Shown piece after piece: positions 51,101 through 64,000 of a stretch of 64,000 nucleotides of DNA. The first letter of the stretch is position 1, and every line of letters starts with the position of its first letter. A program made the translations under genes and the position numbers. Under the pieces are notes generated by a model. That model did no database searches. It was not told the origin of the DNA and saw only the letters and a program-made list of their open reading frames with translations. The stretch comes from Squalus acanthias (lineage: Eukaryota), in assembly GCA_030390025.1 (NCBI GenBank), contig CM059438.1:67830001-67894000 (forward strand), read 5' to 3'.

Positions 51101-54100
51101 GTGTCAGTTCAAACAGTCACAGGACAGAGAGTGGAGAGAGTGTCAGCTTAAACTATCACAGGTCAGAGAGTGGAGAGAGTGTCAGTTCAAACTGTCACAG
51201 GACAGAGTGTGGAGAGAGTGTCAGCTTAAACTGTCACAGGACAGAGAGTGGAGCGTTTCAGTTCAAACTGTCACAGGACAGAGAGTGGAGAGAGTCAGTT
51301 CAAACTGTCACAGGACAGAGAGTGGAGAGAGTCAGTTCAAACTGTCACAGGACAGAGAAGGAGAGAGTGTCAGTTCAAACAGTCACAGGACAGAGAGTGG
51401 AGAGTGTCAGTTCAAACAGTCACAGGACAGAGAGTGGAGAGAGTGTCAGTTCAAACAGTCACAGGACAGAGAGTGGAGAGAGTGTCAACTTGAACTGTCA
51501 CAGGCAAGAGAGTGGAGAGAGTCAGTTCAAACTGTCACAGGACAGAGAGTGGAGAGTGTCAGTTCAAACTGTCACAGGACAGAGAGTGCAGAGTGTCAGT
51601 TCAAAATGTCACAGGACAGAGAGTGGAGAGAGTGTCAGTTCAAACAGTCACAGGACAGAGAGTGGAGAGTGTCAGTTCAAACAGTCACAGGACAGAGAGT
51701 GGAGAGAGTGTCAGCTTAAACTGTCACAGGAAAGAGAGTGGAGAGTGTCAGTTCAAACTGTCACAGGACAGAGAGTGGAGAGTGTCAGTTCAAACAGTCA
51801 CAGGACAGAAAGGGGAGAGAGTGTCAGTTCAAACAGTCACAGGACAGAGAGTGGAGGGAGTGTCAGTTCAAACAGTCACAGGACAGAGAGTGGAGAGTGT
51901 CCGTTCAAAGAGTCACAGGACAGAGAGTGGAGAGAGTGTCAGCTTGAACTGTCACAGGCAAGAGAGTGGAGAGAATCAGTTCAAACAGTCACAGGACAGA
52001 GAGTGGAGAGTGTGTCAGCTTGAACTGTCACAGGACAGAGAGTGGAGAGAGTCAGTTCAAACAGTCACAGGACAGAGAGTGGAGAGAGTGTCAGCTTAAA
52101 CTGTCACAGGACAGAGAGTGGAGAGAGTCAGTTCAAACAGTCACAGGACAGAGAGTGGAGAGTGTGTCAGCTTGAACTGTCACAGGACAGAGAGTGGAGA
52201 GAGTCAGTTCAAACTGTCACAGGACAGAGAGTGGAGAGTGTCAGTTCAAACAGTCACAGGACAGAGAGTGGAGAGTGTGTCAGCTTAAACTGTCACAGGA
52301 CAGAGAAGGAGAGAGTGTCAGTTCAAACAGTCACAGGACAGAGAGTGGAGAGTGTCAGTTCAAACAGTCACAGGACAGAGAGTGGAGAGTGTCAGTTCAA
52401 AGAGTCACAGGACAGAGAGTGGAGAGAGTGTCAGCTTGAACTGTCACAGGACAGAGAGTGGAGAGAGTCAGTTCAAACAGTCACAGGACAGAGAGTGGAG
52501 AGTGTGTCAGCTTGAACTGTCACAGGACAGAGAGTGGAGAGAGTCAGTTCAAACTGTCACAGGACAGAGAGTGGAGCGTGTCAGTTCAAACAGTCACAGG
52601 ACAGAGAGTGGAGAGTGTGTCAGCTTAAACTGTCACAGGACAGAGAAGGAGAGAGTGTCAGTTCAAACAGTCACAGGACAGAGAGTGGAGAGTGTCAGTT
52701 CAAACAGTCACAGGACAGAGAGTGGAGAGTGTCAGTTCAAAGAGTCACAGGACAGAGAGTGGAGAGAGTGTCAGCTTGAACTGTCACAGGCAAGAGAGTG
52801 GAGAGAATCAGTTCAAACAGTCACAGGACAGAGAGTGGAGAGAGTGTCAGCTTAAAGTGTCACAGGACAGAGAGTGGAGAGAGTCAGTTCAAACAGTCAC
52901 AGGACAGAGAGTGGAGAGTGTGTCAGCTTGAACTGTCACAGGACAGAGAGTGGAGAGAGTCAGTTCAAACTGTCACAGGACAGAGAGTGGAGAGTGTCAG
53001 TTCAAACAGTCACAGGACAGAGAGTGGAGAGTGTGTCAGCTTAAACTGTCACAGGACAGAGAGTGGAGAGAGTCAGTTCAAACTGTCACAGGACAGAGAG
53101 TGGAGAGAGTGTCAGTTCAAACAGTCACAGGACAGAGAGTGGAGAGTGTCAGCTTAAACTGTCACAGGTCAGAGAGTGGAGAGAGTGTCAGTTCAAACAG
53201 TCACAGGACAGAGAGTGGAGAGTGTCAGTTCAAACTGTCACAGGACAGAGTGTGGAGAGAGTGTCAGCTTAAACTGTCACAGGACAGAGAAGGAGAGAGT
53301 GTCAGCTTAAACTGTCACAGGACAGAGAGTGGAGCGTTTCAGTTCAAACTGTCACAGGACAGAGAGTGGAGAGAGTCAGTTCAAACTGTCACAGGACAGA
53401 GAGTGGAGAGAGTCAGTTCAAACTGTCACAGGACAGAGAAGGAGAGAGTGTCAGTTCAAACAGTCACAGGACAGAGAGTGGAGAGTGTCAGTTCAAACAG
53501 TCACAGGACAGAGAGTGGAGAGTGTCAGTTCAAAGAGTCACAGGACAGAGAGTGGAGAGAGTCAGTTCAAACTGTCACAGGACAGAGAGTGGAGCGTGTC
53601 AGTTCAAACAGTCACAGGACAGAGAGTGGAGAGTGTGTCAGCTTAAACTGTCACAGGACAGAGAAGGAGAGAGTGTCAGTTCAAACAGTCACAGGACAGA
53701 GAGTGGAGAGTGTCAGTTCAAACAGTCACAGGACAGAGAGTGGAGAGTGTCAGTTCAAAGAGTCACAGGACAGAGAGTGGAGAGAGTGTCAGCTTGAACT
53801 GTCACAGGCAAGAGAGTGGAGAGATTCAGTTCAAACAGTCACAGGACAGAGAGTGGAGAGAGTGTCAGCTTAAAGTGTCACAGGACAGAGAGTGGAGAGA
53901 GTCAGTTCAAACAGTCACAGGACAGAGAGTGGAGAGTGTGTCAGCTTGAACTGTCACAGGACAGAGAGTGGAGAGAGTCAGTTCAAACTGTCACAGGACA
54001 GAGAGTGGAGAGTGTCAGTTCAAACAGTCACAGGACAGAGAGTGGAGAGTGTGTCAGCTTAAACTGTCACAGGACAGAGAGTGGAGAGAGTCAGTTCAAA

Positions 54101-57100
54101 CTGTCACAGGACAGAGAGTGGAGAGTGTCAGTTCAAACAGTCACAGGACAGAGAGTGGAGAGAGTGTCAGTTCAAACAGTCACAGGACAGAGAGTGGAGA
54201 GTGTCAGCTTAAACTGTCACAGGTCAGAGAGTGGAGAGAGTGTCAGTTCAAACTGTCACAGGACAGAGTGTGGAGAGAGTGTCAGCTTAAACTGTCACAG
54301 GACAGAGAGTGGAGCGTTTCAGTTCAAACTGTCACAGGACAGAGAGTGGAGAGAGTCAGTTCAAACTGTCACAGGACAGAGAGTGGAGAGAGTCAGTTCA
54401 AACTGTCACAGGACAGAGAGTGGAGCGAGTCAGTTCAAACTGTCACAGGACAGACAGTGGAGAGTGTCAGTTCAAACAGTCACAGGACAGAGAGTGGAGA
54501 GTGTCAGTTCAAACAGTCACAGGACAGAGAGTGGAGACAGTGTCAGTTCAAACAGTCACAGGACAGAGAGTGGAGAGTGTCAGTTCAAACAGTCACAGGA
54601 CAGAGAGTGGAGAGAGTGTCAGTTCAAACAGTCACAGGACAGAGAGTGGAGAGTGTCAGTTCAAAGAGTCACAGGACAGAGAGTGGAGAGAGTGTCAACT
54701 TGAACTGTCACAGGCAAGAGAGTGGAGAGTGTCAGTTCAAACTGTCACAGGACAGAGAGTGGAGAGTGTCAGTTCAAACAGTCACAGGACAGAGAGTGGA
54801 GAGAGTGTCAGTTCAAAATGTCACATGACAGAGAGTGGAGAGAGTGTCAGTTCAAACAGTCACAGGACAGAGAGTGGAGAGAGTGTCAGCTTAAAATGTC
54901 ACAGGACAGAGAGTGGAGAGAGTGTCAGTTCAAACAGTCAATGGACAGAGAGTGGAGAGTGTCAGTTCAAACAGTCACAGGACAGAGAGTGGAGAGAGTG
55001 TCAGTTCAAACAGTCACAGGACAGAGAGTGAGAGAGAGTCAGTTCAAACTGTCACAGGACAGAGAGTGGAGAGTGTCAGTTCAAACAGTCACAGGACAGA
55101 GAGTGGAGAGAGTGTCAGTTCAAACAGTCACAGGACAGAGAGTGGAGAGTGTCAGTTCAAAGAGTCACAGGACAGAGAGTGGAGAGAGTGTCAGCTTAAA
55201 CAGTCACAGGACAGAGAGTGGAGAGTGTGTCAGCTTGAATTGTCACAGGACAGAGAGTGGAGAGAGTCAGTTCAAACAGTCACAGGACAGAGAGTGGAGA
55301 GAGTGTCAGCTTAAACTGTCACAGGACAGAGAGTGGAGAGAGTCAGTTCAAACAGTCACAGGACAGAGAGTGGAGAGTGTGTCAGCTTGAACTGTCACAG
55401 GACAGAGAGTGGAGAGAGTCAGTTCAAACTGTCACAGGACAGAGAGTGGAGAGTGTCAGTTCAAACAGTCACAGGACAGAGAGTGGAGAGTGTGTCAGCT
55501 TAAACTGTCACAGGACAGAGAAGGAGAGAGTGTCAGTTCAAACAGTCACAGGACAGAGAGTGGAGAGTGTCAGTTCAAACAGTCACAGGACAGAGAGTGG
55601 AGAGAGTGTCAGCTTGAACTGTCACAGGCAAGAGAGTGGAGAGAATCAGTTCAAACAGTCACAGGACAGAGAGTGGAGAGAGTGTCAGCTTAAACTGTCA
55701 CAGGACAGAGAGTGGAGAGAGTCAGTTCAAACAGTCACAGGACAGAGAGTGGAGAGTGTCAGTTCAAACAGTCACAGGACAGAGAGTGGAGAGTGTGTCA
55801 GTTCAAACTGTCACAGGACAGAGTGTGGAGAGAGTGTCAGCTTAAACTGTCACAGGACAGAGAGTGGAGCGTTTCAGTTCAAACTGTCACAGGACAGAGA
55901 GTGGAGAGAGTCAGTTCAAACTGTCACAGGACAGAGAGTGGAGAGAGTCAGTTCAAACTGTCACAGGACAGAGAGTGGAGCGAGTCAGTTCAAACTGTCA
56001 CAGGACAGACAGTGGAGAGTGTCAGTTCAAACAGTCACAGGACAGAGAGTGGAGAGTGTCAGTTCAAACAGTCACAGGACAGAGAGTGGAGACAGTGTCA
56101 GTTCAAACAGTCACAGGACAGAGAGTGGAGAGTGTCAGTTCAAACAGTCACAGGACAGAGAGTGGAGAGAGTGTCAGTTCAAACAGTCACAGGACAGAGA
56201 GTGGAGAGTGTCAGTTCAAAGAGTCACAGGACAGAGAGTGGAGAGAGTGTCAACTTGAACTGTCACAGGCAAGAGAGTGGAGAGTGTCAGTTCAAACTGT
56301 CACAGGACAGAGAGTGGAGAGTGTCAGTTCAAACAGTCACAGGACAGAGAGTGGAGAGAGTGTCAGTTCAAACAGTCACAGGACAGAGAGTGGAGAGTGT
56401 CAGTTCAAAGAGTCACAGGACAGAGAGTGGAGAGAGTGTCAACTTGAACTGTCACAGGCAAGAGAGTGGAGAGTGTCAGTTCAAACTGTCACAGGACAGA
56501 GAGTGGAGAGTGTCAGTTCAAACAGTCACAGGACAGAGAGTGGAGAGAGTGTCAGTTCAAACAGTCACAGGACAGAGAGTGGAGAGAGTGTCAGCTTAAA
56601 ATGTCACAGGACAGAGAGTGGAGAGAGTGTCAGTTCAAACAGTCAATGGACAGAGAGTGGAGAGTGTCAGTTCAAACAGTCACAGGACAGAGAGTGGAGA
56701 GAGTGTCAGTTCAAACAGTCACAGGACAGAGAGTGAGAGAGAGTCAGTTCAAACTGTCACAGGACAGAGAGTGGAGAGTGTCAGTTCAAACAGTCACAGG
56801 ACAGAGAGTGGAGAGAGTGTCAGTTCAAACAGTCACAGGACAGAGAGTGGAGAGTGTCAGTTCAAAGAGTCACAGGACAGAGAGTGGAGAGAGTGTCAGC
56901 TTAAACAGTCACAGGACAGAGAGTGGAGAGTGTGTCAGCTTGAATTGTCACAGGACAGAGAGTGGAGAGAGTCAGTTCAAACAGTCACAGGACAGAGAGT
57001 GGAGAGAGTGTCAGCTTAAACTGTCACAGGACAGAGAGTGGAGAGAGTCAGTTCAAACAGTCACAGGACAGAGAGTGGAGAGAGTGTCAGTTCAAAGAGT

Positions 57101-60100
57101 CACAGGACAGAGAGTGGAGAGAGTGTCAGCTTGAACTGTCACAGGACAGAGAGTGGAGAGAGTCAGTTCAAACTGTCACAGGACAGAGAGTGGAGAGTGT
57201 CAGTTCAAACAGTCACAGGACAGAGAGTGGAGAGTGTGTCAGCTTAAACTGTCACAGGACAGAGAAGGAGAGAGTGTCAGTTCAAACAGTCACAGGACAG
57301 AGAGTGGAGAGTGTCAGTTCAAACAGTCACAGGACAGAGAGTGGAGAGAGTGTCAGCTTGAACTGTCACAGGCAAGAGAGTGGAGAGAATCAGTTCAAAC
57401 AGTCACAGGACAGAGAGTGGAGAGAGTGTCAGCTTAAACTGTCACAGGACAGAGAGTGGAGAGAGTCAGTTCAAACAGTCACAGGACAGAGAGTGGAGAG
57501 TGTCAGTTCAAACAGTCACAGGACAGAGAGTGGAGAGTGTGTCAGCTTAAACTGTCACAGGACAGAGAGTGGAGCGAGTCAGTTCAAACTGTCACAGGAC
57601 AGAGAGTGGAGAGTGTGTCAGCTTAAACTTTCACAGGACAGAGAGTGGAGAGTGTCAGTTCAAACAGTCACAGGACAGAGTGTGGAGAGTGTCAGCTTAA
57701 ACTGTCACAGGACAGAGAGTGGAGCGAGTCAGTTCAAACTGTCACAGGACAGAGAGTGGAGAGTGTGTCAGCTTAAACTTTCACAGGACAGAGAGTGGAG
57801 AGATTGTCAGCTTAAACTATCACAGGTCAGAGAGTGGAGAGAGTGTCAGTTCAAACTGTCACAGGACAGAGTGTGGAGAGAGTGTCAGCTTAAACTGTCA
57901 CAGGACAGAGAGTGGAGAGTTTCAGTTCAAACTGTCACAGGACAGAGAGTGGAGAGAGTCAGTTCAAACTGTCACAGGACAGAGAGTGGAGAGAGTCAGT
58001 TCAAACTGTCACAGGACAGAGAAGGAGAGAGTGTCAGTTCAAACAGTCACAGGACAGAGAGTGAGAGAGAGTCAGTTCAAACTGTCACAGGACAGAGAGT
58101 GGAGAGAGTGTCAGTTCAAACAGTCACAGGACAGAGAGTGGAGAGTGTCAGTTCAAACAGTCACAGGACAGAGAGTGGAGAGTGTCAACTTGAACTGTCA
58201 CAGGCAAGAGAGTGGAGAGAGTCAGTTCAAACTGTCACAGGACAGAGAGTGGAGAGTGTCAGTTCAAACTGTCACAGGACAGAGAGTGCAGAGTGTCAGT
58301 TCAAAATGTCACAGGACAGAGAGTGGAGAGAGTGTCAGTTCAAACAGTCACAGGACAGAGAGTGGAGAGAGTGTCAGCTTAAACTGTCACAGGACAGAGA
58401 GTGAGAGAGAGTCAGTTCAAACAGTCACAGGACAGAGAGTGGAGAGTGTCAGTTCAAACAGTCACAGGACAGAGAGTGGAGAGTGTCAGTTCAAAGAGTC
58501 ACAGGACAGAGAGTGGAGAGAGTGTCAACTTGAACTGTCACAGGCAAGAGAGTGGAGAGTGTCAGTTCAAACTGTCACAGGACAGAGAGTGGAGAGTGTC
58601 AGTTCAAACTGTCACAGGACAGAGAGTGCAGAGTGTCAGTTCAAAATGTCACATGACAGAGAGTGGAGAGAGTGTCAGTTCAAACAGTCACAGGACAGAG
58701 AGTGGAGAGAGTGTCAGCTTAAAATGTCACAGGACAGAGAGTGGAGAGAGTGTCAGTTCAAACAGTCACAGGACAGAGAGTGGAGAGAGTCAGTTCAAAC
58801 TGTCACAGGAAAGAGAGTGGAGAGTGTCAGCTTAAACTGTCACAGGACAGAGAGTGGAGAGTGTCAGTTCAAACAGTCACAGGACAGAGAGGGGAGAGAG
58901 TGTCAGTTCAAACAGTCACAGGACAGAGAGTGGAGGGAGTGTCAGTTCAAACAGTCACAGGACAGAGAGTGGAGAGTGTCCGTTCAAAGAGTCACAGGAC
59001 AGAGAGTGTAGAGAGTGTCAGCTTGAACTGTCACAGGACAGAGAGTGGAGAGAATCAGTTCAAACAGTCACAGGACAGAGAGTGGAGAGAGTGTCAGCTT
59101 GAACTGTCACAGGACAGAGAGTGGAGAGAGTCAGTTCAAACAGTCACAGGACAGAGAGTGGAGAGTGTGTCAGCTTGAACTGTCACAGGACAGAGAGTGG
59201 AGAGAGTCAGTTCAAACTGTCACAGGACAGAGAGTGGAGAGTGTCAGTTCAAACAGTCACAGGACAGAGAGTGGAGAGTGTGTCAGCTTAAACTGTCACA
59301 GGACAGAGAGTGGAGAGAGTGTCAGCTTAAAATGTCACAGGACAGAGAGTGGAGAGAGTGTCAGTTCAAACAGTCACAGGACAGAGAGTGGAGAGTGTCA
59401 GCTTAAACTGTCACAGGTCAGAGAGTGGAGAGAGTGTCAGTTCAAACTGTCACAGGACAGAGTGTGGAGAGAGTGTCAGCTTAAACTGTCACAGGACAGA
59501 GAAGGAGAGAGTGTCAGCTTAAACTGTCACAGGACAGAGAGTGGAGCGTTTCAGTTCAAACTGTCACAGGACAGAGAGTGGAGAGAGTCAGTTCAAACTG
59601 TCACAGGACAGAGAGTGGAGAGAGTCAGTTCAAACTGTCACAGGACAGAGAAGGAGAGAGTGTCAGTTCAAACAGTCACAGGACAGAGAGTGGAGAGTGT
59701 CAGTTCAAACAGTCACAGGACAGAGAGTGGAGAGTGTCAGTTCAAAGAGTCACAGGACAGAGAGTGGAGAGAGTCAGTTCAAACTGTCACAGGACAGAGA
59801 GTGGAGCGTGTCAGTTCAAACAGTCACAGGACAGAGAGTGGAGAGTGTGTCAGCTTAAACTGTCACAGGACAGAGAAGGAGAGAGTGTCAGTTCAAACAG
59901 TCACAGGACAGAGAGTGGAGAGTGTCAGTTCAAACAGTCACAGGACAGAGAGTGGAGAGTGTCAGTTCAAAGAGTCACAGGACAGAGAGTGGAGAGAGTG
60001 TCAGCTTGAACTGTCACAGGCAAGAGAGTGGAGAGATTCAGTTCAAACAGTCACAGGACAGAGAGTGGAGAGAGTGTCAGCTTAAAGTGTCACAGGACAG

Positions 60101-63100
60101 AGAGTGGAGAGAGTCAGTTCAAACAGTCACAGGACAGAGAGTGGAGAGTGTGTCAGCTTGAACTGTCACAGGACAGAGAGTGGAGAGAGTCAGTTCAAAC
60201 TGTCACAGGACAGAGAGTGGAGAGTGTCAGTTCAAACAGTCACAGGACAGAGAGTGGAGAGTGTGTCAGCTTAAACTGTCACAGGACAGAGAGTGGAGAG
60301 AGTCAGTTCAAACTGTCACAGGACAGAGAGTGGAGAGTGTCAGTTCAAACAGTCACAGGACAGAGAGTGGAGAGAGTGTCAGTTCAAACAGTCACAGGAC
60401 AGAGAGTGGAGAGTGTCAGCTTAAACTGTCACAGGTCAGAGAGTGGAGAGAGTGTCAGTTCAAACTGTCACAGGACAGAGTGTGGAGAGAGTGTCAGCTT
60501 AAACTGTCACAGGACAGAGAGTGGAGCGTTTCAGTTCAAACTGTCACAGGACAGAGAGTGGAGAGAGTCAGTTCAAACTGTCACAGGACAGAGAGTGGAG
60601 AGAGTCAGTTCAAACTGTCACAGGACAGAGAGTGGAGCGAGTCAGTTCAAACTGTCACAGGACAGACAGTGGAGAGTGTCAGTTCAAACAGTCACAGGAC
60701 AGAGAGTGGAGAGTGTCAGTTCAAACAGTCACAGGACAGAGAGTGGAGACAGTGTCAGTTCAAACAGTCACAGGACAGAGAGTGGAGAGTGTCAGTTCAA
60801 ACAGTCACAGGACAGAGAGTGGAGAGAGTGTCAGTTCAAACAGTCACAGGACAGAGAGTGGAGAGTGTCAGTTCAAAGAGTCACAGGACAGAGAGTGGAG
60901 AGAGTGTCAACTTGAACTGTCACAGGCAAGAGAGTGGAGAGTGTCAGTTCAAACTGTCACAGGACAGAGAGTGGAGAGTGTCAGTTCAAACAGTCACAGG
61001 ACAGAGAGTGGAGAGAGTGTCAGTTCAAAATGTCACATGACAGAGAGTGGAGAGAGTGTCAGTTCAAACAGTCACAGGACAGAGAGTGGAGAGAGTGTCA
61101 GCTTAAAATGTCACAGGACAGAGAGTGGAGAGAGTGTCAGTTCAAACAGTCACAGGACAGAGAGTGGAGAGAGTGTCAGTTCAAACAGTCACAGGACAGA
61201 GAGTGAGAGAGAGTCAGTTCAAACTGTCACAGGACAGAGAGTGGAGAGTGTCAGTTCAAACAGTCACAGGACAGAGAGTGGAGAGAGTGTCAGTTCAAAC
61301 AGTCACAGGACAGAGAGTGGAGAGTGTCAGTTCAAAGAGTCACAGGACAGAGAGTGGAGAGAGTGTCAGCTTAAACAGTCACAGGACAGAGAGTGGAGAG
61401 TGTGTCAGCTTGAATTGTCACAGGACAGAGAGTGGAGAGAGTCAGTTCAAACAGTCACAGGACAGAGAGTGGAGAGAGTGTCAGCTTAAACTGTCACAGG
61501 ACAGAGAGTGGAGAGAGTCAGTTCAAACAGTCACAGGACAGAGAGTGGAGAGTGTGTCAGCTTGAACTGTCACAGGACAGAGAGTGGAGAGAGTCAGTTC
61601 AAACTGTCACAGGACAGAGAGTGGAGAGTGTCAGTTCAAACAGTCACAGGACAGAGAGTGGAGAGTGTGTCAGCTTAAACTGTCACAGGACAGAGAAGGA
61701 GAGAGTGTCAGTTCAAACAGTCACAGGACAGAGAGTGGAGAGTGTCAGTTCAAACAGTCACAGGACAGAGAGTGGAGAGAGTGTCAGCTTGAACTGTCAC
61801 AGGCAAGAGAGTGGAGAGAATCAGTTCAAACAGTCACAGGACAGAGAGTGGAGAGAGTGTCAGCTTAAACTGTCACAGGACAGAGAGTGGAGAGAGTCAG
61901 TTCAAACAGTCACAGGACAGAGAGTGGAGAGTGTCAGTTCAAACAGTCACAGGACAGAGAGTGGAGAGTGTGTCAGTTCAAACTGTCACAGGACAGAGTG
62001 TGGAGAGAGTGTCAGCTTAAACTGTCACAGGACAGAGAGTGGAGCGTTTCAGTTCAAACTGTCACAGGACAGAGAGTGGAGAGAGTCAGTTCAAACTGTC
62101 ACAGGACAGAGAGTGGAGAGAGTCAGTTCAAACTGTCACAGGACAGAGAGTGGAGCGAGTCAGTTCAAACTGTCACAGGACAGACAGTGGAGAGTGTCAG
62201 TTCAAACAGTCACAGGACAGAGAGTGGAGAGTGTCAGTTCAAACAGTCACAGGACAGAGAGTGGAGACAGTGTCAGTTCAAACAGTCACAGGACAGAGAG
62301 TGGAGAGTGTCAGTTCAAACAGTCACAGGACAGAGAGTGGAGAGAGTGTCAGTTCAAACAGTCACAGGACAGAGAGTGGAGAGTGTCAGTTCAAAGAGTC
62401 ACAGGACAGAGAGTGGAGAGAGTGTCAACTTGAACTGTCACAGGCAAGAGAGTGGAGAGTGTCAGTTCAAACTGTCACAGGACAGAGAGTGGAGAGTGTC
62501 AGTTCAAACAGTCACAGGACAGAGAGTGGAGAGAGTGTCAGTTCAAAATGTCACATGACAGAGAGTGGAGAGAGTGTCAGTTCAAACAGTCACAGGACAG
62601 AGAGTGGAGAGAGTGTCAGCTTAAAATGTCACAGGACAGAGAGTGGAGAGAGTGTCAGTTCAAACAGTCAATGGACAGAGAGTGGAGAGTGTCAGTTCAA
62701 ACAGTCACAGGACAGAGAGTGGAGAGAGTGTCAGTTCAAACAGTCACAGGACAGAGAGTGAGAGAGAGTCAGTTCAAACTGTCACAGGACAGAGAGTGGA
62801 GAGTGTCAGTTCAAACAGTCACAGGACAGAGAGTGGAGAGAGTGTCAGTTCAAACAGTCACAGGACAGAGAGTGGAGAGTGTCAGTTCAAAGAGTCACAG
62901 GACAGAGAGTGGAGAGAGTGTCAGCTTAAACAGTCACAGGACAGAGAGTGGAGAGTGTGTCAGCTTGAATTGTCACAGGACAGAGAGTGGAGAGAGTCAG
63001 TTCAAACAGTCACAGGACAGAGAGTGGAGAGAGTGTCAGCTTAAACTGTCACAGGACAGAGAGTGGAGAGAGTCAGTTCAAACAGTCACAGGACAGAGAG

Positions 63101-64000
63101 TGGAGAGAGTGTCAGTTCAAAGAGTCACAGGACAGAGAGTGGAGAGAGTGTCAGCTTGAACTGTCACAGGACAGAGAGTGGAGAGAGTCAGTTCAAACTG
63201 TCACAGGACAGAGAGTGGAGAGTGTCAGTTCAAACAGTCACAGGACAGAGAGTGGAGAGTGTGTCAGCTTAAACTGTCACAGGACAGAGAAGGAGAGAGT
63301 GTCAGTTCAAACAGTCACAGGACAGAGAGTGGAGAGTGTCAGTTCAAACAGTCACAGGACAGAGAGTGGAGAGAGTGTCAGCTTGAACTGTCACAGGCAA
63401 GAGAGTGGAGAGAATCAGTTCAAACAGTCACAGGACAGAGAGTGGAGAGAGTGTCAGCTTAAACTGTCACAGGACAGAGAGTGGAGAGAGTCAGTTCAAA
63501 CAGTCACAGGACAGAGAGTGGAGAGTGTCAGTTCAAACAGTCACAGGACAGAGAGTGGAGAGTGTGTCAGCTTAAACTGTCACAGGACAGAGAGTGGAGC
63601 GAGTCAGTTCAAACTGTCACAGGACAGAGAGTGGAGAGTGTGTCAGCTTAAACTTTCACAGGACAGAGAGTGGAGAGTGTCAGTTCAAACAGTCACAGGA
63701 CAGAGTGTGGAGAGTGTCAGCTTAAACTGTCACAGGACAGAGAGTGGAGCGAGTCAGTTCAAACTGTCACAGGACAGAGAGTGGAGAGTGTGTCAGCTTA
63801 AACTTTCACAGGACAGAGAGTGGAGAGATTGTCAGCTTAAACTATCACAGGTCAGAGAGTGGAGAGAGTGTCAGTTCAAACTGTCACAGGACAGAGTGTG
63901 GAGAGAGTGTCAGCTTAAACTGTCACAGGACAGAGAGTGGAGAGTTTCAGTTCAAACTGTCACAGGACAGAGAGTGGAGAGAGTCAGTTCAAACTGTCAC
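33191..64000 (+). repeat. Large satellite array (>30.8 kb, ~800 monomers of 37/39 bp), continues past window end
   Basis: Monomers GACAGAGAGTGGAGAG(A/T)GTCAGTTCAAAC(A/T)GTCACAG (37 bp) and GACAGAGAGTGGAGAG(A/T)GTGTCAG(CTT/TTC)AAAC(A/T)GTCACAG (39 bp), all head-to-tail, with no insertions seen. Confidence 0.98.

Noticed and set aside
33191..64000. Hundreds of plus-strand ORFs up to 480 aa (SHRTESGE / SQDREWR / VQTVTGQRVE repeats)
   Set aside because: They are translations of the satellite. The 37-bp monomer lacks plus-strand stops and cycles through all frames, starts are mostly GTG, and there is no frame preference.
31604..64000. CRISPR-like periodicity (32-39 bp units)
   Set aside because: No unique spacers, no cas genes, and the context is vertebrate; these are plain tandem repeats.
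33191..64000. RSS-like CACAG + 23 + TCAAACAGT and Ig switch-like AGCT repeats
   Set aside because: Heptamer and nonamer matches are poor, AGCT occurs only in a subset of monomers, and no V/D/J/C segments are visible.

Overview
Eukaryotic, almost certainly vertebrate non-coding DNA. The repeat content (CR1 and L2 LINEs, Penelope-type palindromes, GC-rich Harbinger-like MITEs) resembles what I recall from shark genomes; that assignment is inference. No intact host protein-coding gene is recognisable. Bases 1-33,190 are a nested transposon mosaic: decayed CR1 copies (RT, APE endonuclease, ORF1 esterase), L2/SINE tails, at least four families of MITEs (several with 3-bp TSDs), two solo LTRs, Penelope-derived sequences with a degenerate hammerhead core, a 32-bp minisatellite and some unique DNA with promoter and splice signals. 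Bases 33,191-64,000 are one uninterrupted satellite of 37/39-bp monomers with kb-scale and ~6-kb higher-order duplications; its many 'ORFs' are artefacts. The most interesting element is a 1,436-bp solo LTR (6671-8106, TG...CA, 4-bp TSD ACTT) that splits a CR1. It has a long U3 with a decayed reading frame running in from the LTR edge, a TATA box, an R-region splice donor and AATAAA, resembling a complex (foamy-like) retrovirus LTR.
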